Shown here: positions 28,841 through 38,586 of the stretch, in pieces
Numbering within the stretch: the stretch's first letter is position 1
Layout of the letters: every line of letters starts with the position of its first letter
IMG/VR virus record: IMGVR_UViG_3300027763_000043
Coordinates: 1-64,000 of that record
Strand: one strand, 5' to 3'
Length of the DNA: 64,000 nt
Origin: a virus
Position numbers and translations under genes: made by a program
Notes under the pieces: generated by a model
What the model saw: the letters and a program-made list of their open reading frames with translations, nothing else
The model's database searches: none
What the model was told of the DNA's origin: nothing

Positions 28841-30681
28841 TATGTGTACGCCAACTCTAGAAGTATTTGATTCTTAATAAGACTATTTAACGAACTTTCA
28901 GTAGGAATCATTTGTGGTTGTGATCCACCACCTACAAGAACTTGTTGAGGTTGAGGTTGTTGAGGATTATCTGCAATTATAATTTGTTGACCTTTCCTAT
29001 CTTGCGCCACTGAAGGAACATTTTGTCCTGGTGGAGTTGTTGGAGAAACTTTTGCTATTTGTGGTTTTTGGTTATTAAGAAATGCTATAGGATCTACCGT
29101 ATTTTCAAATCCACCATCAACTTTTTTTCTAATTTCATAATGAATAACTCCCGTACCACTTTCCCCCACTGCAACTAAATCTCCGGGTTTAATTGTTTGA
29201 CCCGGTTTAACCACTATTTTTGCAGCTTCAGCAATTCTTTCATATACACCAAGTTGCTGATTGTATATGTCTGTCGCCCATCCATCGTCACCATATCTAA
29301 ATTGTCCACCATATACAACTCCCCCAATTCTACTGTAAAACTTGGCATTTGGTCCACTAATATCAAAATCAACACCAGCATGTTTTCTACCCGGTCTTGA
29401 AGCACCATAATGCTGTTTTCCAGGTAAAGTGTTTGTTGGGGGTAATGGTGGTAAAGAACTTTGAGATATTCCAGATACTCCAGTTGGTTTTGTGGGAGAA
29501 GTTAAAGAAGATTGATAAACTGATTTTAAGTCTTGAGATCTTTTTGTTGGTTGTCCATAAGTATTTCCAGGAAAAGATGCCCATTCTGGAGAAAGTTTTT
29601 TAATAACTGTTTCACTAAGACCTTCCCTTTTCAATACCTCAGAAGTTACACCTCTTGCAGCAGCGAGACGAAGTGCCATCTCATCTTGAAAACTTTGATC
29701 AAATTTTCGATTCATATTCATTCCCAAAGATCGTGCCTTCGCTGTAATATCAATAATTTGATATGCACCAACAGCAGCAGAACTACCACCACCAAACTTT
29801 GATTGCGGATCGTTTAAGAATTTAGTAACTAATTTTTCAACTTCATTGGCACTTAGTTTCGTCAAATCTCCATATTTTGATTTTCCATATTTGTCTCCAA
29901 AAAACATACTATATCCAGTAGGTCCTGCAGTTCCTTCAGCAAATCTAATAGTTTTTAATAATGCTTGTTGTTCTTTAGTTCCATATCCAGACACATCACC
30001 ACCACTAGTTGGTCCAGGTTGAGTATAATCAGTATTCAGTTCTGGAACTGATTCTTCTCCAGGACCTTCTCCAAGAGGTTTACTAAGCATATCGAATCCT
30101 TGCAGGAATTGATCACGCATTGTTTCAAGATTAACATTCAAATCGTCCATAGCACTTTGGACTCTTTTTGATTGATCAGTAAAATCAAATTGAGTAACAT
30201 TCTGATATACACCAGAAAGAAGATTTCCAAAATTTTGAAATGTATATTTAATATTTGTCATAAAATCTGACAGTAATCCATATAAAGATTTAATTCTAGT
30301 AATCAAATCTTCAATTGCCGTCATAATTGTTGGCAAATTATAAAGTAACCAACCAATCAAAAGACTGGAGGAAAAATCCAATATTCTCTCAAGAAATCCC
30401 TTTGTACTATCACCAATAACTGATGCAGTTCTTCTCATTGCACCACCAATTCCAGACGCTTCGATTATACTTTCTTGATCTTTTCTTCGAATTGCTTCCT
30501 CTCTCATATTTGAAAGAACTTTATCTCTGGCAAAAGATTCTCTTTTTATTCGAGTTCTATTAAGAGTTACAGTTTTTATAGTATCTGAAGACTTTTTTAA
30601 ATTTCCCAATCCAGCATTAAGGGAATTCATCCCCTTTGAAACATTAGTAATATTAATTCCCGGTGCTAATGTTGTTGCCAT
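28840..30681 (-). CDS. Virion-associated lysin: lambda-type lysozyme plus M23 peptidase
   Basis: ALLKTIRFAEGT...AVGAYQI...QDEMAL...EWASFP; HAGVD...HYE; helical N-terminus. Confidence 0.8.
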   Translation of the reverse strand: MATTLAPGINITNVSKGMNSLNAGLGNLKKSSDTIKTVTLNRTRIKRESFARDKVLSNMREEAIRRKDQESIIEASGIGGAMRRTASVIGDSTKGFLERILDFSSSLLIGWLLYNLPTIMTAIEDLITRIKSLYGLLSDFMTNIKYTFQNFGNLLSGVYQNVTQFDFTDQSKRVQSAMDDLNVNLETMRDQFLQGFDMLSKPLGEGPGEESVPELNTDYTQPGPTSGGDVSGYGTKEQQALLKTIRFAEGTAGPTGYSMFFGDKYGKSKYGDLTKLSANEVEKLVTKFLNDPQSKFGGGSSAAVGAYQIIDITAKARSLGMNMNRKFDQSFQDEMALRLAAARGVTSEVLKREGLSETVIKKLSPEWASFPGNTYGQPTKRSQDLKSVYQSSLTSPTKPTGVSGISQSSLPPLPPTNTLPGKQHYGASRPGRKHAGVDFDISGPNAKFYSRIGGVVYGGQFRYGDDGWATDIYNQQLGVYERIAEAAKIVVKPGQTIKPGDLVAVGESGTGVIHYEIRKKVDGGFENTVDPIAFLNNQKPQIAKVSPTTPPGQNVPSVAQDRKGQQIIIADNPQQPQPQQVLVGGGSQPQMIPTESSLNSLIKNQILLELAYT

Positions 30682-30682
30682 A

Positions 30683-32476
30683 TTATAACACTACATTATA
30701 ATTAATTTGTGAATATAATGTATAGAAATTATCAGTATTTGATGATGGAATAAAAGGAACATCACTAGCAGCACCAGTACTCAGTGGTTGCTGTTGTTGT
30801 GGAGTAGAAGATCCGGAAGGAGCATAAACTACATTTGGTTTTGGTTCAGGTTCTGGTCCAATATTAAATGGAACAGTTTGCATTTTTGTTGTTTGTGCTG
30901 GAGTTATTTCTGGTGTAGAAGGTTTTGAAGAAGTTTCTGCTGGAGTAGTTGTTGATGTAGTAGAAGGTTTGGATGAAGTTTCTGCCGTTTTTGGCATCTC
31001 TTTAGAAGGAACTGGTGATGTCTGATTTACTGGATCAGGTAATTTCATTTCTTTCCAATCATATCCTTTTGATGTTGCCCAATCTTTTGCTTGCTGCTTT
31101 TCTTCAGAACTCATTTTATTCCAAGCGCCTTCTATTCTTCCTCTTGCCAAAGGATTATTTTTATATTGCCATGCCTGTTCAAACTGTTTTACTTTTGCAG
31201 GATCTGGTGCTTTTGGAGTTTCTGGTACTTTTGGAGTTTCTAATGCTTTTTGGGTATCTGGTGTTTTTTGAGTTTCTGGGGCATTGATCTGCAAATTACT
31301 TGCAGGGGGTGTCATAGAAGTTGTTGGAGCAGGTTTAGCAGTTGCTGGTTTTGGTGGTTCATCTTTTTTAAGTGGAGATGATGTAAGTTTATTTTTTTTA
31401 TTTTTTTGTGCTTCTTCTTTTGCAACCTTAGCAATTGCTTCTGCCTGTTTTTTCTTTTTTGGATCTTCCCCGAATAAATTACTACCAAATGCTTCTGCTA
31501 TTTCATCAGCAAGAAATCCCGCACCGGCAGCCAATTTCACAAATTTTCCTGGACCAAGAAGAGTTGCTATTGCTAAAAGGGCATCAACATTTTCACCATT
31601 GAAATAATTCATTAATCCAGAAATTACAGTTACACCTTTAGAAATAGTACCTCCTATTCCTCCTCCTACTTTTGGTCCTTTAGGTCCTGTACCTTTAGGT
31701 GGTGTTGGAGTTCTACCAGGTAAAGCACCCCCCAATCCACGCATGACTGCCTGAAATGGTTTAATAATTAATCCACCAACTAAAAATTTTCCAATCTTTC
31801 CGACAAGTCCAGTAATAGTACTAATAACTTTAACTATACCAACATTGATAATAGTAAATACACCACCCGCAATTAGTAGAGTTTTAATTACAGAATCTTT
31901 AATTTCATTTAGTTTCTTCGTATTGCCATCTTGAAGTGCCTTTAAGACATTAATTCCTTGAGTGGTTAACCATCCACCAAGAAGTGTCATTACAAAACTC
32001 ATCAAATTATTGAAACCAAATGATACCTTATCACCAATACGCTTTACTGGTTCTGATAAGGCACTCTGAATTTTAGTTTCTAATAAACCTTCTTGTCCTC
32101 CTCGTGCTCCAGATTCTGCTAATCTCTTTTGCTTCTCTTGTTCATAGAGATCCTTCTGCTTTTCTAATGCACTTTCACTTGCAGTGATTGTTGCAACCGA
32201 TTGTAACGTATCACTAATTCCATTCAATTGAAGTCTAACACTATCTACTTGCGCCTGAAAACTTCCAATCTGAGTTAGATTAGAAAGTATTTGTGCATTA
32301 GTTTGTGATAATTGGTTTACTTGTTTCTGCAGGGATGCTACTGCAGAAGTATTTGCGTTTATTGCAGATTCCGTTTGTGGATCAACTTTATTTCCACCAC
32401 CAAAAATACTTCCCGATACGGTACTCTGATTAATACCTGCAAGAGAATTAGAAAGTGGCGATGCTATAACAGCCAT
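30683..32476 (-). CDS. Tape-measure/baseplate hub-associated protein
   Basis: Coiled-coil N-terminus, hydrophobic segments, Pro/Thr-rich C-terminus; lies between gp51 and the lysin. Confidence 0.55.
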   Translation of the reverse strand: MAVIASPLSNSLAGINQSTVSGSIFGGGNKVDPQTESAINANTSAVASLQKQVNQLSQTNAQILSNLTQIGSFQAQVDSVRLQLNGISDTLQSVATITASESALEKQKDLYEQEKQKRLAESGARGGQEGLLETKIQSALSEPVKRIGDKVSFGFNNLMSFVMTLLGGWLTTQGINVLKALQDGNTKKLNEIKDSVIKTLLIAGGVFTIINVGIVKVISTITGLVGKIGKFLVGGLIIKPFQAVMRGLGGALPGRTPTPPKGTGPKGPKVGGGIGGTISKGVTVISGLMNYFNGENVDALLAIATLLGPGKFVKLAAGAGFLADEIAEAFGSNLFGEDPKKKKQAEAIAKVAKEEAQKNKKNKLTSSPLKKDEPPKPATAKPAPTTSMTPPASNLQINAPETQKTPDTQKALETPKVPETPKAPDPAKVKQFEQAWQYKNNPLARGRIEGAWNKMSSEEKQQAKDWATSKGYDWKEMKLPDPVNQTSPVPSKEMPKTAETSSKPSTTSTTTPAETSSKPSTPEITPAQTTKMQTVPFNIGPEPEPKPNVVYAPSGSSTPQQQQPLSTGAASDVPFIPSSNTDNFYTLYSQINYNVVL

Positions 32477-32509
32477 TAGGATTGTTGATTCTTGAGATTT
32501 TCTTCTTCA
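32476..32509 (-). pseudogene. Orphaned former 3' end of gp51
   Basis: GAAGAAGAAAATCTCAAGAATCAACAATCCTAATG encodes EEENLKNQQS*, matching the C-terminus of the gp51 ORF at 33253-33289. Confidence 0.85.
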
Positions 32510-32517
32510 GTCAAGAA

Positions 32518-32535
32518 TATTTATGTTCATAAATA
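32518..32535. promoter_or_regulatory. Back-to-back divergent late promoters
   Basis: TATTTATG-TT-CATAAATA gives CATAAATA on both strands. Confidence 0.6.
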
Positions 32536-32537
32536 GA

Positions 32538-32588
32538 AATACCTGTTGAACCGCATTCGCAGGGGGGGAGTGAAAATCTCCCCTTTTT
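32538..32588 (+). ncRNA. Candidate ~50-nt antisense sRNA against the endonuclease leader
   Basis: Late promoter; stem-loop with CCGCA loop; GGGGAG/CTCCCC-TTTTT terminator; 13-nt complementarity to 32603-32615. Confidence 0.45.
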
Positions 32589-32590
32589 AA

Positions 32591-32598
32591 TATAAATA
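32591..32598 (+). promoter_or_regulatory. T4-type late promoter of the endonuclease
   Basis: TATAAATA, 25 nt before the ATG. Confidence 0.8.
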
Positions 32599-32622
32599 AT
32601 ATTGCGGTTCAATAGAGTAGAA

Positions 32623-33237
32623 ATGTATTATACTTACGCATATTTGCGGGAAGATAGAACTCCCTACTACATAGGTAAAGGAAAAGATAATAGGGCATAT
32701 GAAAAAAGAAGGAAAGGTATAAAACCACCAAATGATAAATTAAGAATAATACTATTAAAACAAAATCTTACTGAAGAAGAAGCATTTAGACACGAAATCT
32801 ATATGATTTCTGTGTTTGGTAGAAAAGATTTGGGAACAGGTATTTTACACAATATGACTGATGGTGGAGATGGATGTAGTGGTGCTATTCGTTCATTAGA
32901 ATTCAAGGAAAATTTAAGAAATTTAAATAAAAATAAAGTTCTTTCAGAAGAACACAAAAGAAAAATAGGTGATGCACAAAAGGGAGACAAAAATCATAAT
33001 TATGGTAAGTCCTCCTCACCAGAAACTAGAGAAAAGATGAGTAAATCAAGAAGAGGTGAAAAGCACCATTCATCTAACTGGTGGAAACTTACCTACACAA
33101 CTGGAAATACAATTACGATATGTGGATTATCCATTTGGGCAAAGGAAAACGGTTATAATGTTGGTAATATTCATAGTATTTACATGGGAAATAGAAAAAA
33201 ACATAAAGATATCATAAAAGTTGAAAAATTAAAATAA
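32623..33237 (+). mobile_element. Free-standing GIY-YIG homing endonuclease with NUMOD3-like repeats
   Basis: YTYAY...YYIGKG..R, E, NMTDGGDG; SEEHKRKIG / SPETREKMS repeats; opposite in orientation to the flanking operon. Confidence 0.88.
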
Positions 33238-33252
33238 AACGGAGATAATATT

Positions 33253-33426
33253 TTAACTTGACTGCTGATTTTTAAGATTTTCTTCTTCAATGTACTGTTG
33301 CAATAATGTAATATAAACTTCCTTTTCCCAAGGAATCATATCATTAATTTCTGTTAATGACCATTTATGGTGTTGCATCAAGGAAAAATTAGTTCTAAAG
33401 TATGACGCAAGATCATTGTGCGCCAT
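33253..33426 (-). CDS. gp51: Baseplate hub assembly protein gp51 (57 aa, not in ORF track)
   Basis: MAHNDLASYFRTNFSLMQHHKWSLTEINDMIPWEKEVYITLLQQYIEEEN...; follows gp26. Confidence 0.85.
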   Translation of the reverse strand: MAHNDLASYFRTNFSLMQHHKWSLTEINDMIPWEKEVYITLLQQYIEEENLKNQQSS

Positions 33427-33428
33427 AC

Positions 33429-34148
33429 TTACACGAAAAAAGATGGAAGTCCCTCCAATACGACTTCACTTTCGACACCAGTATTAGGATTTTTAATTTG
33501 AATAAGATGAGAAAGTTTTGGCATCGTTTCAAAAAACTTCTCAATTTCCTTAAATTGCTTGGAACTTAATTGCTCAACAAATTCGGAAAGTTCTTTTTTA
33601 GAGCATTCACTTCCAACCCATGACTCTTCTTCAGAATACACTTGGTCAATACAAGCACAAATCAAGTCAAAAGATTCATTAACACCAATTCCCTCTCCAC
33701 TATTAAAATTGTTCTTAATGAATTCTGCCATAGAAGGATATTTCATTCTCATAGTCAAAGTATCATCCAACTTAATATCTCTCGAATGTCCTTCCTGATC
33801 TTGTACCATAATCTCATCCAAATTAATGCTGACAGGAACTTTTGTCACACCATCATCTGGACAAGTAATTAGTACATCAACAGTCTCACCAACTGACTTG
33901 CCACGAATATTAAGGAACAAATATTCAATGTCAAATGTGGCAAGATCATCAATCTTAATTCCTTTACTTAAAATACAGTTAGAAATTACTGTCTTAACTG
34001 CATTTGCAATTTGCTTACTATCCTCACTCTCCATTGCAATGATGAGGATCTTTTCTTCTTTAACTAAAAATGGCCTATATCTAATCTTTTTCTTTAATGA
34101 TGGAATTTCCAACTCATAAATTGGAGTCGCAATCTTTGGTAAAGGCAT
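33429..34148 (-). CDS. gp26: Baseplate hub subunit gp26
   Basis: MPLPKI..P.YEL...YRPFLVKEEKIL...FDIEYLFLNIRGKSVGE. Confidence 0.9.
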   Translation of the reverse strand: MPLPKIATPIYELEIPSLKKKIRYRPFLVKEEKILIIAMESEDSKQIANAVKTVISNCILSKGIKIDDLATFDIEYLFLNIRGKSVGETVDVLITCPDDGVTKVPVSINLDEIMVQDQEGHSRDIKLDDTLTMRMKYPSMAEFIKNNFNSGEGIGVNESFDLICACIDQVYSEEESWVGSECSKKELSEFVEQLSSKQFKEIEKFFETMPKLSHLIQIKNPNTGVESEVVLEGLPSFFV

Positions 34149-34177
34149 AATAACCTATAGAATTCAGGTGCTTTTAT

Positions 34178-35068
34178 TTATGTTACAGTAAACCATCCAC
34201 TAACGTTTTTAGATGTTGATGAATTGGAACGATTAGATGAACTTCTACCAGCATTGGCAGTATTGATGTCATTAACATTATTAATAGGTCCACCAATTCC
34301 TCTAGGTCTTGGATCATCCAATCTTCCAGTACCCTGATTAAGATTTCTCCACATTAATTCATCTCTTCCAGTTGCAAGTCTACCATTATTATTGGATGCA
34401 TCTGCATAATTCGATGCTGTTATATTTTGAGGTTTCTTATTATTATCTCTTAGGTAACTTACATCCAAACTTCTAATAGAACCGCAAACATATCTTTCAT
34501 AACTAAATGATGCGGTTACGGTCAATACTTGAGAATCATTGTATGCTATCGTTGGAGAATACATTGATGTTGGAAATAATCCGACAAAATTATATTCAAT
34601 CTCATTATTATAATCACGGTCAAACTTCAAAATTCTAGTTGCATCTGTCTTATAATCTGCAGGATACTTCATCCTGAAAAAATATCCCTTATCGATAGAA
34701 ATTGATCTAGATCCGCTAGCAATAAATTCTATCCAATGTTCTAAAAATTTAATCATTTTATATTCTTTATCAACATAAAATGTTAAATCAATTGGAGTAA
34801 ATATTCTAGTATGAGCCATCTTCTCAGTGACACCCGTAACATCACCAACAATATCAGCAGTTCCAAGAGAACTACCTGGCAATGATGCAGAAGAGCACAA
34901 CAATCCAGCATCTTCAACAACAAATCTCCAATCAACACCTCTCAAAGATAAGTGAGTTTGAAGAGGGGGTTGCAATCCCCCAAAAATTACTTGATAATGA
35001 CTGGTTTGTGCCAGATTACCAAAAAGTGGTTTAATTTCTGATATTCTGCGAGGACGTGCTATGGACAC
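34178..35068 (-). CDS. Tail tube-like protein (gp19/gp54 family)
   Basis: LCSSASLPG...LTFYVD...VTASFSYE; synteny. Confidence 0.65.
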   Translation of the reverse strand: MSIARPRRISEIKPLFGNLAQTSHYQVIFGGLQPPLQTHLSLRGVDWRFVVEDAGLLCSSASLPGSSLGTADIVGDVTGVTEKMAHTRIFTPIDLTFYVDKEYKMIKFLEHWIEFIASGSRSISIDKGYFFRMKYPADYKTDATRILKFDRDYNNEIEYNFVGLFPTSMYSPTIAYNDSQVLTVTASFSYERYVCGSIRSLDVSYLRDNNKKPQNITASNYADASNNNGRLATGRDELMWRNLNQGTGRLDDPRPRGIGGPINNVNDINTANAGRSSSNRSNSSTSKNVSGWFTVT

Positions 35069-35102
35069 TCTAAATACTGTTAAGGTCTTATGTACTGTAT
35101 GT

Positions 35103-35540
35103 ATGTCATATAAGGGAAAATATCAACCAACTAATCCCCAGAAGTACCGAGGAGATCATAGTAACATTATTTATAGGTCTTTGTGGGAACGCAAGTTTAT
35201 GAAGTATTGTGATCTTAATGAAAATATTCTTGAATGGGGAAGTGAAGAAATTGCATTGCCATATAGATCTCCCATCGATAATAAGATTCATAGATATTTT
35301 CCAGATTTTTATATTAAAGTAAGGGAAAGTAGTGGTGAAATTAAAAAATGTATCATAGAAATTAAACCCAAAAAACAAACAGTAGAACCAATTCCACAAA
35401 AAAGAAAGACAAAAGGATATATTTACGAAGTGGTTGAGTATGCAAAGAATCAGGCAAAGTGGAAGGTAGCAAAAGAATGGTGTGCTGATAGAGGATATGA
35501 GTTTAAAATTCTCACAGAAGATCACTTAGGTATCAAATAA
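35103..35540 (+). CDS. gp4: Head completion nuclease gp4
   Basis: YKGKYQPTNPQKYRGD...YRSLWE...YFPDF...EIKP...NQAKW; CTAAATA at about 35070. Confidence 0.92.
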   Translation: MSYKGKYQPTNPQKYRGDHSNIIYRSLWERKFMKYCDLNENILEWGSEEIALPYRSPIDNKIHRYFPDFYIKVRESSGEIKKCIIEIKPKKQTVEPIPQKRKTKGYIYEVVEYAKNQAKWKVAKEWCADRGYEFKILTEDHLGIK

Positions 35541-36094
35541 TGGCACTCACAGGATACGAAAAATCATTAGAACAATATACTAAAAATGAATTAGTTGATA
35601 TTGCAAAAGAATATACCATATATTATAAGACAGATTCTGGGCAAGGATCTACTGGAAATTATGACAAATTAACAAAAGAAAAATTAATCTCGATCATAAA
35701 ATCTGATAGAGATTATCAAAACTCTGCTCCGCCAACTAAAAAATTAAGCAGAGTTGAAATGATGATGCAAAGAATTTCGCAAGGAATTGATACCGCAGAT
35801 GAAATTATGGCAGTTATTCGGGAAGTTTTTGATGATACTGAAAAATATCCAAGACCAGGAAATATATACACATTTGTTTATACAGCAAAAACACCAGGAA
35901 TTCGATATGATCAACATCCATTATTAATGGTTGAATCAATTAGTTTATCAGGATTCAAAGGATATAATGTTCATTGGCCCGATCATAGAAATTATGTTTG
36001 GGAAGGAGTTGAAAGTTCATTTCATAGAGTTCAAAGAGGTGAAGAATTTGATTATCTTCATGATGTACCATATATGAAAAAGATGTCAACATAG
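35540..36094 (+). CDS. gp2: DNA end protector gp2-like protein with N-terminal extension
   Basis: YTFVYTAKT...YDQHPL...GYNVHW; position after gp4. Confidence 0.6.
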   Translation: MALTGYEKSLEQYTKNELVDIAKEYTIYYKTDSGQGSTGNYDKLTKEKLISIIKSDRDYQNSAPPTKKLSRVEMMMQRISQGIDTADEIMAVIREVFDDTEKYPRPGNIYTFVYTAKTPGIRYDQHPLLMVESISLSGFKGYNVHWPDHRNYVWEGVESSFHRVQRGEEFDYLHDVPYMKKMST

Positions 36095-36116
36095 TCTAAA
36101 TAGTTAGAAAATCTAA

Positions 36117-36992
36117 ATGGCGGAAACTCTCAGATATCCACTAAAAAAAATAAATGCTTCGGATGATTATCTGCAGATTCTTGTCGTCAAGTATGCCCCT
36201 CCAGGTGTAAGTACAAATCCATCAAATCTTATTCAAAGAACTTCCACTGAGGCATTAGGTCCAAGTTTGAATTTAAAGAATTCATTGTATCAGATTCTTC
36301 TTCCCATGCCACAAGGAATTAGTGATAGTAATATGGTTGATTGGGGTGATGATAGTTTAAATCCATTAGCTGCGGGACTAGTTGGTGGGGCACAGCAGGC
36401 TATAGCAGGAGATCCTGAAAAAGGATTTAAAGATATTACATCAGCAATAAAAAATGTTGCCACAAGCGGAAATGGACAAGATTTAGTTACCAGTTATTTT
36501 GCAGCAAAGGCAGCCAATTCCCTTAATGCGAATGTAAGTGCAGAAGGTCTTCTTTCCAGATCAGAAGGTAAAGTTCTTAATCCAAATATGGAACTCCTAT
36601 TCAAAGGAGTTACGTTGAGATCATTTAATTTTTCATTTAATCTTGCACCAAGAGATGAAACAGAAGCAGGATCTGTTAAGAATATTATAAGAGCATTTAA
36701 AAAATCAATGGCCGCCAGAACCTCAAGTGGTGCTGGTGCTGGATTGTTTATTGATTCTCCAAATGTATTTCAACTAGAATATAAAAGTGGGAATAAAAAA
36801 CATCCATTCTTACATTCATTTAAACCATGTGCATTGACAAATATGGCAGTTGACTATACTGCATCTGGTGCTTATGCAACTTATGAAGATGCAACACCTG
36901 TTCATATGAAACTTACACTATCATTTCAAGAATTGAATCCAGTTTACTTTAGTGATTATGATGATTCGAATGATATTGGAGTAGGATACTAA
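36117..36992 (+). CDS. gp48: Baseplate tail tube cap gp48
   Basis: LRYP, LPMP, NPNMELLFKG..LRSFNFSF, LSFQEL. Confidence 0.9.
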   Translation: MAETLRYPLKKINASDDYLQILVVKYAPPGVSTNPSNLIQRTSTEALGPSLNLKNSLYQILLPMPQGISDSNMVDWGDDSLNPLAAGLVGGAQQAIAGDPEKGFKDITSAIKNVATSGNGQDLVTSYFAAKAANSLNANVSAEGLLSRSEGKVLNPNMELLFKGVTLRSFNFSFNLAPRDETEAGSVKNIIRAFKKSMAARTSSGAGAGLFIDSPNVFQLEYKSGNKKHPFLHSFKPCALTNMAVDYTASGAYATYEDATPVHMKLTLSFQELNPVYFSDYDDSNDIGVGY

Positions 36993-37639
36993 TGGGATAC
37001 TTTAGAGAACTACCAGACTTAGAATATCAATCACCTTTTTCAGACAGAAATTCTTCTGATTCATATGTTCGTGCTAAGAATTTATTTCGTAGAATCAAAC
37101 TTCGTGATGACTTACAAAATGTTTTTACACTCTTTAACAAGTACCAAATTCCTGATGGTGCTCGTCCAGACACTGTTGCAGAAGAATTTTATGGTAGAGC
37201 AGATTTAGATTGGGTTGTGATTCTAACTGCAGGAATTGTAAACGTAAGAAACGAATGGCCGCTATCCGACAGAGATGTTTATGATTATACCGAAGACATT
37301 TATGGAGAAAACTTAAACTCAATTCACCATTATGAGACTAGAGAAGTTAAAGATTCACAAGGTCGTTTGATTCTTCCTGCTGGTAATGTTGTCGATTCAA
37401 ATTTTACAATTCAAAATCCTAATGATTATAGAGCAACATTAAATCCTGTTGTTGGTATCAGTAATTATGAATACGAAGTTCTTAAAAATAATAAGAAAAG
37501 ATCAATTTATATTTTAAAGAAAGGTTATCTTCAACAATATCTAAACGATATGAGAAGAATTATGTATTATGATAAGTCTTCACAATATGTTGACAAGACT
37601 CTAATTCGTACCGAGAACACTAGAGTCACAATGCCATAA
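36992..37639 (+). CDS. gp53: Baseplate wedge subunit gp53
   Basis: YFRELPD...RPDTVAEEFYG...WVVIL...WPLS...HHYET...SNYEYE. Confidence 0.9.
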   Translation: MGYFRELPDLEYQSPFSDRNSSDSYVRAKNLFRRIKLRDDLQNVFTLFNKYQIPDGARPDTVAEEFYGRADLDWVVILTAGIVNVRNEWPLSDRDVYDYTEDIYGENLNSIHHYETREVKDSQGRLILPAGNVVDSNFTIQNPNDYRATLNPVVGISNYEYEVLKNNKKRSIYILKKGYLQQYLNDMRRIMYYDKSSQYVDKTLIRTENTRVTMP

Positions 37640-37661
37640 AAAAGGGGAGGTTTCCCTCCCC
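37638..37661 (-). terminator. Intrinsic terminator between convergent gp53 and gp32
   Basis: GGGGAGG-GAAA-CCTCCCC-TTTTTT. Confidence 0.85.
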
Positions 37662-37668
37662 GCTCTTA

Positions 37669-38586
37669 TCACTCGGCAAGTTTTGCAAAGTAACTCAGAG
37701 TATCATCGTCCTCATCCTCATCATAAGAAGAAGACTTAGTGGGAGCAAGATTCTTCAGTTCTGTACGAAGATCTTCATCGAGTTCACGAACCGAACCACG
37801 AGAAGTTGATTCCTCATCGGCAACTTCGGGATCTTGACGACGAGCACCCTTGTTACCAAGCACATAATCAAGACGCTTCTTCAGTTCATCATAAGACTTG
37901 AACTGATCAGGTGCAACAAGTTCTGCAAGAGAATACTGCTTCTTCCACACTGCTTCCATCGCATCATCATCGTCGAGCATAGCACCTTGTGCGGCAAACT
38001 CACTGGAATCATAGTTGCGATAACCGGCAACGTTCTTTGCCTTCAGTTTGAAGTTAGCACCCTGCCAGAAGTCAAAAGGATCGATAGGAGTCTCATCCTC
38101 AAACTCAGGTTGCATTGCGGCAGTGATCTTATCAAAGATTTTCTTACCAAACTTATAAAGGAATACTTTACCTTCATTATCAGGATTGGCAGGATCTTTG
38201 ACCACATAGATGTTGCTTACATAAGTCAGTTTACGCTTCTGCTTACGGGCAATTTCCTTACCAGCATCTGTACCATTGTTCCACAGTTCAGAATTCATTT
38301 CCGAAACTGGATCTTTTTGGTTCAGAGTGGTGAGAGAGTTTTCAATGTACCAACCACCAGAACCTTGGAAGGCATGAGAATACAACTTAACAAACGGCAG
38401 ATCTTCGCCGTTAGGAGCAGGAAGGAAACGAATGACGGCATAACCGTTGCCGCTCTTATCGCATTCAAGTTTCCATACACGATCATCACCAGATGATGTG
38501 GTATTATTCATTTTTTCGACTTCCTTGACCAGTTTTGCGGTCAGGGAACCAAGTTTGGATTGTTTCTTAAGATCAGAAAAAGACAT
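37669..38586 (-). CDS. gp32: ssDNA-binding protein gp32
   Basis: GNGYAVIRFLP, WYIENSLTT, GKKIFDKI, NYDSSEF; acidic tail. Confidence 0.95.
   Translation of the reverse strand: MSFSDLKKQSKLGSLTAKLVKEVEKMNNTTSSGDDRVWKLECDKSGNGYAVIRFLPAPNGEDLPFVKLYSHAFQGSGGWYIENSLTTLNQKDPVSEMNSELWNNGTDAGKEIARKQKRKLTYVSNIYVVKDPANPDNEGKVFLYKFGKKIFDKITAAMQPEFEDETPIDPFDFWQGANFKLKAKNVAGYRNYDSSEFAAQGAMLDDDDAMEAVWKKQYSLAELVAPDQFKSYDELKKRLDYVLGNKGARRQDPEVADEESTSRGSVRELDEDLRTELKNLAPTKSSSYDEDEDDDTLSYFAKLAE

Noticed and set aside
32602-32622. TTG start of the endonuclease given in the ORF track
   Set aside because: Lies at the expected transcription start just after TATAAATA; the ATG at 32623 begins the GIY-YIG motif
37834-38496. 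220-aa ORF antisense to gp32 (likewise 1400-1906, 2096-2518, 35106-35525)
   Set aside because: Fully overlaps conserved genes on the opposite strand; no recognisable motifs
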